A DNA stretch of 20,000 nt from Lama guanicoe. Taxonomy: Eukaryota. This document shows, one piece after another, positions 1-9,637 of this stretch (within the stretch, counting starts at the first letter, position 1; each line of letters opens with the position of its first letter). Below the pieces are notes generated by a model. The model saw only the letters and a list, made by a program, of their open reading frames with translations. It ran no database searches and was not told the DNA's origin. The stretch spans positions 215,027 through 235,026 of the forward strand of contig MU056050.1 in assembly GCA_013239625.1 (NCBI GenBank). The letters are read 5' to 3'. The position numbers were made by a program, and so were the translations under genes.

Positions 1-39
1 ACTCCTCCAATATGTAGAGAGAAATGTATCCAAGAGGCA

Positions 40-419
40 CAAATGGTGTCTTGTGGTAGAAATACACTTCCCACATCTCTCTTCAGCTCTGGAAAGGGCA
101 GTCAGCAGACCATGTGTAGCTGTCAGCTGTTTCAGGATGTGCCTCAACTCTAGAGTCTCTCTTTGCCCAAGTTACACCCATTTTGGGGCAGCCCACATCC
201 AGTAACTGAGTGAGCTTGACATGGACCACTGTGACTGGCAATATTGATTTCAGAGCTCTTTGCTGGGTCATCCAAGTCTGTGTTTGGCCTGTATCATATT
301 TTGGCTTCTTCATGGGCCCAATCCTCTGTCATCTACCTTTCACAGCTGTTGATTCCTAACAAACATCTACACTCTAATTTCATTTGCACATCTGTTTCTG
401 GAGAACCCAAACTGTAACA
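40..419 (+). mobile_element. Old ERVL-class LTR fragment (LTR16-like), 3' end
   Basis: Ends in ...aacaaacatctacactctaatttcatttgcacatctgtttctggagaacccaaactgtaaca, which resembles the LTR16-type 3' terminus and finishes in CA at 418-419. The left boundary is approximate and the subfamily is from memory. Confidence 0.5.
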
Positions 420-489
420 CCAACCATGATGTTCAGATCCAGATTTAGAGGAAACATACATCTTGGTAAATCAAAATATACTCTATATT

Positions 490-2050
490 TCATTTTTAGT
501 GGCATAAAGTTGTTCATGATATTTCCTTATAATCCTTTTAATGTCTGCATGAATCTGTAGTGATGTCTTTTTATCTCGTTCCTGATGTTGGTAAGTTGTG
601 TCCTACTGCTTTTTCTTCCCCTAGAATCTGGCTGGAGGTTTATCAATTTCATTGAGTTCCTTAAATACCAGTTTTTTGATTTCATTAATTTTCCTCTGCT
701 GTTTTACTGTTTTCTACTTCATTGATTTCTGTTCTGATTTTTATTGGTTTTTTTCCTATTATTTTGGGTTTAATTTGCTCTTATGTTTTTGGTCTCAAAG
801 TGGAAGATTAGATCATTGAATTGGGAACTTTGTTCTTTTCTAATATAAACATTTAGTTCTATAAGTTTCCAAGCATGTTTAGATTTAAACATAACATGTT
901 TAAACATGTTTACATTTTCCTCTAAGTTTATGCTTTAGTTACACCTCAAAAATTCTAATATTTGGCGCTTTTATTTTCATTCCCTTCAAAACACTTTCTA
1001 ATTTTCCTTTTGATTTCTTCCTTCACTCATGAATAATTTGGTAGTGTATTACTTAGTTTTCAGATATTTGGGGATTTCCAGGTATCTTTCTGTTATTGAT
1101 TACTAATTTAATTTCATTGTGGTGAGACAACATACTTCACATTATTTAAATGATTTTAAATATATTGACTTGTTACATTGTTTTATAACTCATAATCTTG
1201 GCAAATGATCACTTGAAATATGTATTCTGATGTTTGTGGGTGTAGTGTTCTATAAATACCAATTAAGTCAAGTTAATTAATCATACTTTTCAAGTCTTCT
1301 ATATGTTTATTAATTTTCTGTCTAATTGTTTAATAATTGCTCAATTATTAAGAGAGTGGTGTTGAAATCTCTGACAATAATTTGTTTGGATTTGTCTGTT
1401 TTTCCTTTCAGTTCTAAATTTTTGCTTCATGTATTCTGAACCTCTGATATTAGTTACAAAAAGATTTAGAATGCCATGTCTTTTTATGAATTAATCTGTT
1501 TATCATTATGAAATGATTTTTTTCTTATACTTTAGCCTACTTGTGTCTTTATATTTTAGGTGGGTTTATTGTAGACTACACATAATTGGGGCTTTCATTT
1601 TTTATCCTGACAATCACTACCATTTACTGGAGTTGTTTAAACCACTTATATACAATGTGATTATTGATATGGTTGTATTCAAATCTACCATCTTGCTATT
1701 TGTTTTCTGTTGGTCCCATCTGTTCATCCCTTTCTTCTCTTTCTGTCTCCTATTTGAATTAAATGATTCTACTGTATCCCCTTTATTGACTTATTAACCA
1801 TATTGCTTCATTTATTTCTTGTGTGTGTGTGTTTTTAAACATTACTTTAGGATTTCATAGTAGATATCTTTAACATATTCCTGTCTACCTTCAAGTCATA
1901 TTACACCACTTCACATATATATATAGGAGGAGCTTTACAACAACTAGGTTCCATTTCATCTTTGTGCTATTATCATACATTTTTCTTCTACATATGTTAT
2001 AAATACCACACTATATTGTTATTATGTTTGCTTTATTCAGTTACCTTTTT
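490..2050 (-). mobile_element. Old L1 (L1M-type) fragment, antisense, around the 5' part of ORF2
   Basis: T-rich strand with typical antisense L1 motifs (tttatcaattttcattga, ttaatttcattgtggtgaga, gtgttgaaatctctgacaataa, tgtagactacacataattggg). No intact ORF. Confidence 0.7.
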
Positions 2051-2069
2051 CTGTTTGCAACATGACCTT

Positions 2070-2225
2070 TAATAAGCTGAATAGTATTATGTACTACCCA
2101 AATTTGTTTAACTAATTTCAAATTGTGCATTAAGGTTGTTATCTATTTTTCTTTAATATTAAAAATATACAATGAACATTCTTGTGCTAAAAATCCCTTT
2201 GCACACTTCTGATTATTTCTTTATG
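2070..2225 (-). mobile_element. Short ancient L1 (L1ME-like) 3'-end fragment
   Basis: aatgaacattcttgtgctaaaaatccctttgcacacttctgattatttct resembles the antisense L1ME 3' region. Confidence 0.4.
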
Positions 2226-2229
2226 ACAG

Positions 2230-4451
2230 TTTTTTTGTGGCAAAAAATACAACATAAAATTTACCATCTTAACCATTTTTAAGTGTATAGTTTAGTAGTG
2301 TTCAGGAAATTCACATTCTTGTGAAACATATCTCCAAAACTTTTTCATCTTGCAAATCTGAAACTATTTCTGCACTCTCTATTTTATTTCATTGGTCTAT
2401 TTGTCTGTCTTTATGCCAGTACCACACTGTTTTGATTATTGTAGCTTTGTATAAGTTTTGAAATCAGAAGTGTGAGTCCTCCAGTTTTGTTCTTCTTTTT
2501 CAAGATTGTTTTGATTATTTAGAGTCCCTTGAGATTCCAGATGAATTTTTCTATATCTGCAAAAACAAAAGTTCAATGGGATTTTGACCAGGATTGCATT
2601 GAATCTGTAAATTGCTTTGGGTAGTATGGACATCTTAACAATATTAAGTTTTCCAATCCATGAACATAAGATGTCATTCCATTTATTCATGTATTCTTTA
2701 ATTTCTTTCCACAATGTTTTTGTAGTTTTCAGCAAACAAGTCGTTCACCTCCTTGGTTAGGTTTAGTCCTAAGTATTTTACTTTTTCTATGCTTTTGTAA
2801 ATAAAAATGTTTTCTTAAGTTCTTTTTCAGATTGTTCATTGTTAGTGCATAGAAATGCAACTGATTTTCATGTGTTGATTTCATATCCTGCAACTTCACT
2901 GAATTCATTTATTAGAGCTAATATTTTGTATGTATGGAGTATTCATGGTTTTCTACTTATTAGATCATGTCATCTGCAAACAGATAATTTTACTTCTTCC
3001 TTTACAACTTGGATGCCTATTATTTCTTTTTCTTACCTAATAGCTCTGGCTAGGACTTCCAATACTATGTTGAAAGAAGTGGTGAGAGCAGGTATCCTTG
3101 TTTTATTCCTTTGGTATCAGGATTATGCTGGCTTCATAGAATGAGCTTGGAAGTGTTCCCTCCTCATCAATTTTTTGGAAAAGTTTCAGGATTGTTATTA
3201 GTTCCTTTTTAAACGTTCGTTAAAATTCTCCAGGGAAGCCATCTGGTCCTGGGCTTTTCACTGTTGGGAGATTTTTAACTATCAATTTAATCTACTTACT
3301 TGTTATTTGTTCAGATTTTCTATTTCTTCATGATTCAGTCTTGCTAAGTTGTGTGTTTCTAGGAATTCATCCATTTCTTCTAGGTTATAAATTTGTTGGT
3401 AAACAATTGTTCATAGTACTCTGTTATAATCCTTTTTATTTATATGACATTGGTTGTAATATCACCTTTCATTTCTGATTTTAGTTATTTGAATTTTCTC
3501 TCTTTTTTCTTAATCTAGTTAAGAATGTGTCGATTTTGTCAATCTTTTTAAAAAATCTCTTAGTTTTTAACTTATTTTTAAATGTTTTTCTATGCTCTTT
3601 CATTTATCTCTTCTCTATGTTATTTCCTTTCTTCTGCTAGCTTCGGATTTAGCTTGTTCTTTTTTTTCTAGTTTCTTGGGGTGTAAAGTTAGGTTATTTA
3701 TTTGAGATCTTTCTCCTTTTAAGGTACACATTTACAGTTATAGAGAGCATCTTTATGACAGGTATTTAAAATTTTTTGTCAGGCAACTCATAAATCTGTG
3801 TTTCTTACAGGGTCAATGTCTAGAGTTTTATGTTGTTCCTTTGATGGGGCCATGTTTCCCTGTTTATCTGTATACCTTGTAACTTTTTGCTGGGATTTGG
3901 GCATTTGAAAAACAACCACTTCTCCCAATCTTTAAGTGTTAGCTGGAAAATCTTCACCAACCATCCCTGCTGGAGGTTCTAGGACCCGGGAAATCTTTTC
4001 TGATTTCTTGCTCCCCCTGGTGTCTGCCTGTAGAACTACAGCTCTAACATGCTCTCTATTTTCAGTGGCTTCCAAAATCTGGTGCTGGTGCCATCAGTGT
4101 CTTGAATCAGGCATGACAGAAACTAGTCCCTACGGCAGTCCCAGACAAATCAGAATGTTGGCCATATGGTCCATTTTTATTCCTTCTGGAGGGAGGATCT
4201 CCAGGATGGAGGGTTTCCTTCTGATTATTCTGTACTATGGTGCACTGGGGAGTGACATGAATGGGTGAACCAAAATGCCACTAATTTTCCTACCCCTTTC
4301 ACTGGAATCCCTTTGGTTTTACAACGGCCTAGTTGCTGTAGCTTCTCAACTGGTCTCTAGAGTTCTCACAGAGATATTCTGGTCTAAGTATTGTTAACTT
4401 GGTGTCTTTGTTGGGAAAGGAGGGCCTGTAGCTTCCTAGTCCACCATCTTG
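2230..4451 (-). mobile_element. Degenerate L1 (L1MA/MB-like), antisense, both ends present, with several internal deletions
   Basis: 3' end at ~2230 (ttttttgtggcaaaaaatacaacataaaatttaccatcttaaccatt). ORF2 remnant at 2436-2735 ([31 protein letters not shown]). The reverse complement of 4431-4451 is caagatggtggactaggaagc, an L1 5' end with the YY1-type CAAGATGG motif. Confidence 0.75.
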
Positions 4452-4454
4452 TTC

Positions 4455-4603
4455 CTTTTGTCCATTTTTTTAATCACGTTTTTTAAAAATCATTCAGTTG
4501 TAGGAGTTAATTATATACTCTGCATATTAATCTGTTATCAGATACATGATTTATAAATATTTCTCCCTTTCCACAGGGGTTGCTTTTCACTCTGTTGATT
4601 GTG
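4455..4603 (-). mobile_element. L1 ORF2 3' fragment, antisense
   Basis: atattaatctgttatcagatacatgatttataaatatttctccc...tgcttttcactctgttgattgt matches the antisense L1 ORF2 C-terminal region. Confidence 0.6.
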
Positions 4604-5128
4604 CCACAGGGGTGCTATGGGTGATTTTCCCTATAACTCTGAGGATCAGGGTCTTTGTTGTGGCATAGGCAGCAGCAGCAACAGCAAAAAAGGCATTTTG
4701 TAGGGTCCTAGTGAGCTCTCTGCCTTTAAGAATGTGAATTCAATAATTAAAATATTCAAATAGTAACTCCTTTTCACATAGTGAATGATCTTCCTCCACA
4801 GGAGCAACCACCCAATAGGCCTGTATATTGCACAGGGGGTAGTCTTTTTCCCATGAGTGCTCTATAGAACAGTAGGTACTGTCTGGTTGAGACACACAAC
4901 TAAATGGTCTCTTTCCCCTGAGCCTTACGTTAGTCACAACTTATGCTGGAATCAAGACAGATGATTCATTCTAAGACACACAGGTAGGTCTGGGCCAAGA
5001 CACAACCCAGGGTCATTTTAAGAAGGGCCCTGATCCTATCCTCCTGTCCCTAAATACTAATTAATTATCAAAACTTCTGATTCAAGTCAGTTAAATCTAT
5101 AACAGAGGCTCAGTAGGACTCAGCAAAT

Positions 5129-5169
5129 GCAGCACAATTGCAGCACAACGCAGCACAACGCAGCACAAC
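5129..5169 (+). repeat. Tandem repeat, (GCAGCACAAC) x4
   Basis: gcagcacaatt gcagcacaac gcagcacaac gcagcacaac read directly from the sequence. Confidence 0.9.
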
Positions 5170-5282
5170 TCAAAGGGCAAGCTAACCAGCAGGAATCAGA
5201 GTCAGTTAGCAAGTCAAAACAAGAGAGACAGACCTCCCTGGTGGTGGTGATCACTGTCTGAGCATCCTGCTCACAGTAGTAA

Positions 5283-5682
5283 TTGTGGACACCCTACAGA
5301 AACCCGATGGACTCTCACCCCAAATTTCATTTTAATATCAAGACTGACACATATATAGAGGATATGAAAAGTTTATTGCTTACATAATGAGGCATTCTTA
5401 GCAACCAGGGCAGGCATCCCAATCTGATCTGAAATGACTTGAGAGAGCAAGGAAAGAAGACTGGCTTGGAATTTTTATGGCGGTCAGGGAGTGGGCTGCA
5501 GTGAAGGTTCCTGTGCATGGGATGAGGCCTGAGTGGTTTGAATCTATGGCTAGTGCCAAAGAAAGGAGAACCCAGGCTTCCTGATCACCTTGCTAAGATG
5601 TGGGGCAGAAAGAGAAGAGGGAGGGTGAAGCTTAAATGCTGTCAGCAGTCAAACACTAAAAAAGGCATTTGACTTTATTAGA
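5283..5682 (-). mobile_element. Solo ERVL-class LTR (MER74/MER73-like)
   Basis: About 400 bp starting TGT. The minus strand has AATAAA (~5372-5377) and a TATA-like ATAAAAA (~5472-5478) in LTR order. aaaagtttattgcttacataatgaggc...gagagcaaggaaagaagactggcttgg resembles MER74-type LTRs. Confidence 0.55.
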
Positions 5683-5689
5683 GCATACT

Positions 5690-5876
5690 TCTGGTGGCAG
5701 TGTGAAAAAGTGAGAGACCTTGGGTCCCTGATGAGTTTATTCATCCTCTCAAAAGACCTTGGAACCACCTCCTCCAGACTTCTAGTGTTGCTGAATAATT
5801 CAATGTCTTCATGGTTGAGGCTATTTTTAATTAGGTCGTCTGTTACTTATAGTCAAAATAATTCTGAACTGATATA
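5690..5876 (+). mobile_element. MaLR LTR fragment (MLT1-like), 3' end
   Basis: cttgggtccctgatga...cctccagacttct...tctgttacttatagtcaaaataattctgaactgatata is a typical MLT1 terminus. Confidence 0.55.
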
Positions 5877-5884
5877 ATGTTGAA

Positions 5885-6482
5885 GATATAATCCATTACT
5901 ATCATTTTGGATATATTCAGGGAATACAAAGGTGGTTCAATATAAATAAATTTATACTTATAATTCATAACAAAATGAACAAAAGACGAATATCATAAGG
6001 CACATTAATAAAATACTTTAAATGCTTTCATAAATTCTAGTAACTATCCCTAATAAAAACACAAAGCAAAAAAGGAATAGAAAGCACCTACCTAAAGGCT
6101 CCTTACTAAAAACTAACAACAAATATTCTAAAGAATGCAACACTAAAAACGTTTCCAAGATAGCCAAGAATTACACAGGTATGCGATTACAATTATTATT
6201 CTACATATTCTTAAATATTGTAATAAGTGCAATAAAGGAATAAAATGATTTATCATAATAAATACTGACAAAAGAATCATAACTTTTTATGGTGTGAGTG
6301 TATACCCAGAAAATCCAAGAGACACTAATAAATACTAATACAATAAATAACATCGTCAAGGTTGCTGGATACAAAGTAAATATAAAAAAGTTAAATTTTC
6401 TTTATAGTAGGAATAAATGGGGATAAATAGAAATGGGGAAATACCTGATTCACCAAAATGACTTAAATTATAAAATACTTCA
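5885..6482 (+). mobile_element. Ancient L1 (L1ME-like) ORF2 RT-region fragment
   Basis: A-rich, with degenerate RT-region motifs (cagggaatacaaaggtggttcaatata, tatacccagaaaatccaagaga, aaggttgctggatacaaagtaaatata). Confidence 0.6.
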
Positions 6483-6870
6483 TGTGGTAGGTTTGCAATG
6501 GGTTAATTTATTTAGGTTCAACTACATTTTCCATTATTGCCTTTCCTTTATGTTTCCAGTTAGGGTGGGACACAAGAGAGATTATTGTGGAAGACTTGGA
6601 GGACTGAAGGGAAGCAGTAGACATTTTGTACTTTGAACACATTGCTGTTTTTCTGCTGATTCATCTCATCGGCACAAGGCAGAAACAGGGTTTGGAACTG
6701 CCCTACCTTCCCCTGGATTCTCCTTTAACTCCTCTCACTCCTGGACCATGTGTGTGAGTTTAGTTCTGTGACAAAGTTTCTTGGCTTCTGTAGGATACCT
6801 GTCTTATCAGGTCAGAGGAAACAAGAACAGACGCAGGTTTCTGTTCATCCTTGGGGGCACTAGCTCATTT
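6483..6870. mobile_element. Probable old ERVL-class LTR fragment (LTR33-like)
   Basis: Starts abruptly with TGTGGTAG after the L1 fragment. ttcaactacattttcc...tttatgtttccagttagggtgggacacaagagagatt resembles LTR33-group LTRs. Confidence 0.4.
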
Positions 6871-7925
6871 TCTTCTGTGGTGCGGAATATACATCTTTAA
6901 CTTGCAATATGTATCTTTAATTTATCATAATACTTTTAAGAGTTATTATACTACTTCATATATAGTGCAAGAATCTCACAACAAGGATATTAACCAAAAG
7001 TAACATATAAATGTTAGTACAATCTCTTTGCAGTTATACTTATAAATGAGATGGGTCAATAGCATTCTTTTCAGTAATATACCTTTCTCATTGGACATTA
7101 TATTATAATGGCTATACAAAATGATCTGCAGAGCTTTTCATATTTTTCTATGGCTGAAAAGGCATTAATCATAATTACCTGATTTTAAGGGTTAAATAGG
7201 GATTAACACAGCATCATTTTTGTGTTTTTAATAACTGACTACACTGTAACTATTCTTCTCTAAATTGGAGTGGCTCAAGACTCAGTACTTTGTTTTCTAC
7301 TCTCCTGTCTCCCTAGGGGAGCTCACTCAACTCCATGGTTGTTAAATATCAACAATTCACTATTGACTTCCAAATCTATATTTCCAATCCAATTTTTCCT
7401 CTGTGCTCCAGACCTGTGTATCCCAGAAGGCCTGCTTGATAGCTCCACTCTGGTCACTAAATGACATCACAGACCACATCTCTGAAACAGTACTCTTGAT
7501 TTTTCCTTTCTTCCCCAAGTCTTCTCTATCTCAGAAATGATACCATCATCTGCCCAATTGTTCAAGCCTAAAAACCAGGGGTCATCCTTGTCTCCTTTCA
7601 TTCTTTCAGTCTTTACAACTCCCATTCAAACAATCTATAATACCTGTCAATTTTACTTTCAGGATGTATTCTCAATCTCTCTCCCTATGTCTATGTCTAC
7701 TAACACCACTTTAGATCAAGCCTAATCATGATGTTTTTTCTTGCTTGGTCAACTGCAACAGCTTCCAAACTGTTATCCCTGTTAATACACTCCATCCCAT
7801 ACAGTCTCTATTCTCTGCAACTTCCAGAGTAAAACTTTTCAGATCTGATTACACCACCACCAGAAACTACAATGTCGCCCCCTCAAACCTAGAATAAAAT
7901 TCAATCTTCTTAATATTGCTTCTGA

Positions 7926-8943
7926 GAAAATATTTGCAAATGATGCAACTGAACAGGACTTAACTTCCAGAATATACAAATAGCTCATCCAACTCAATAA
8001 CAGAAAACCAAACAACCCAATCAAAAAATGGGCAGATAACCTAAACAGACATTTCTCCAATGAAGACATACATATGGCCAATAGGCACATGAAAAGATGC
8101 TCAATATTGCTAATTATCAGAGAAATGCAAATCAAAACTACAATGAGGTATCACCTCACCCTGGTCAGAATGACCACCATTAAAAAGTCCACAAACAATA
8201 AATGCCAGAAAGGGTGTGCAGAAAAGGGAACCCTCCCACACTGTTGGTGAGAATGTAAATTGGTGCAGCCACTATGGAAAACAGTACAGAGCTTCCTTCA
8301 AAAACTAAATATAGAGTTACCTTATGATCTAGCAATCCTACTCCTGTGCACATATGCAGAGAAAACTCTAATTGGAAAAGATACATGCACCCCAATGTAT
8401 ATAGCATCACTATTTACAATAGCCAAGACATGGAAGCAACCTATGTCCTTCAATAGATGACTGGATAAAGAAGATGTGGTATATATACACAATGGAATAC
8501 TACTCAGCCATAAAAAAGAATGAAATGATGCCATTTGCAGCAACATGGATGGATCTAAAGATTATCATACTAAGTGAAGTAAGTCAGACAAAGACAAATA
8601 ATACAGTATCACTTATCTGTGGAATCTAAAAAAATGAGACAAATGAACTTACAAAACAGAAACGGACCCACAGGCATAGAAAACAAACTTATGGTTACCA
8701 AAGGGGAAGGTGGGGAGGGATCATTTAGGAATTTGGGGTTAGCAGATACACGCTACTATATGCAAAACAGATAAACAACAAGATCCCACTGTATAACACA
8801 GGGAACTATATTCAATATCTTGCAATCTACAATGGAAAAGAAACTGAAAAAGAATATATATGTATATATATATCTCCAAATTACTATGCTGTACACCAGA
8901 AACTAACACAACACTGTAAATCAAGTATACTATAATTAAAAAA
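7926..8943 (+). mobile_element. 5'-truncated L1 (ORF2 C-terminus, 3' UTR, poly-A) with 14-bp TSD
   Basis: ORF2 C-terminal peptides (QPLWKTV..., DTCTPMYIASLFTIAKTWKQP). A-tail at ~8938-8943. The TSD aatattgcttctga is at 7912-7925 and 8944-8957. Confidence 0.92.
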
Positions 8944-9078
8944 AATATTGCTTCTGAAGCCATGCAAGATGACACTTTTATCTGTTTCTGACATCATCTC
9001 CTTCTATTCCCTTCCTAACCTACCATGCTTTTGCCACACTGGAATCTTTCCTATTCCTTGAACATTTGAAGCTTTTCT

Positions 9079-9229
9079 TTTTTAATTTTTAAAATTTATT
9101 TATCTTTTCGGGGGAAGTAATTAGGTTTACTTATTTATTTCTTTTTAGAGGAGGTACTGGGGATTAAACCCAGGACCTTGTGTATGCTAAGCATGTGGTT
9201 TGCCATTTGAGCTATACCCTCCCCCACTG
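9079..9229 (-). mobile_element. tRNA-Ala-derived SINE (camelid Vic-1-like) with 15-bp TSD
   Basis: The reverse complement reads gggggagggtatagctcaaatggcaaaccacatgcttagcatacacaaggtcctgggtttaatccccagtacctcc followed by an A-rich tail, with A/B boxes of tRNA-Ala(AGC) type. The TSD atttgaagcttttct is at 9064-9078 and 9230-9244. Confidence 0.88.
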
Positions 9230-9637
9230 ATTTGAAGCTTTTCTACACAACTATTGCCACTGGAATTCTAGGTCTCAGCTCAAATGTCACTTTCTCATAG
9301 AGACCTTCCCTAAATTCCTTATTTACAGGGGAAAATCTCAAACCCCTGTGTAGAGGGACATCCCTATCTCTCACATCAACTTATACAGTAACTTGATAGC
9401 ACATATCACAATTTATCATTGCCTTGCTTATCAATTTACTTTTTCATTTATTATTCCACCAATGGGATACTTTTCAATATTTAATATTTTTCACTGCTTT
9501 CTGCCAAGTGAATCTACTATGTGTTCAATAATTACATATCAATGGAAGAAAATGTATTGATCTGATGTTTATGATAGATGTCTAAGTTGGAACTACTTAG
9601 ATTTGTGATAGAGGTAGTATTTAAAATTATGGGAGTG

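Larger units (their letters stand above)
7262..9545 (+). mobile_element. L2 LINE 3' portion, interrupted by an L1 (7926-8943) and a SINE (9079-9229)
   Basis: L2 motifs: gacttccaaatctatatttcca, ctcagctcaaatgtcactttctcatagagaccttccct, and a terminal tgtgttcaataa...aatg. The sequence reads through continuously once the TSD-flanked inserts are removed. Confidence 0.7.

Noticed and set aside
1513..1797. Hydrophobic 94-aa ORF
   Set aside because: Comes from the T-rich antisense strand of an old L1, so the apparent membrane character is compositional.
4571..4613. Direct repeat ccacaggggt at 4571-4580 and 4604-4613
   Set aside because: It flanks only 23 bp of L1-like sequence. A local duplication or chance match is likely, not an element TSD.
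4740..4937. 65-aa minus-strand ORF with faint resemblance to retroviral pol (SLCEKELL)
   Set aside because: Too weak to support without a profile search.
5129..5169. Short regular repeats as a possible CRISPR-like or functional array
   Set aside because: A simple 10-bp tandem repeat without spacers, in mammalian DNA.
9150..9225. tRNA-Ala-like sequence on the minus strand
   Set aside because: Degenerate stems and B box, an A-rich tail and a TSD show it is a SINE head, not a tRNA gene.
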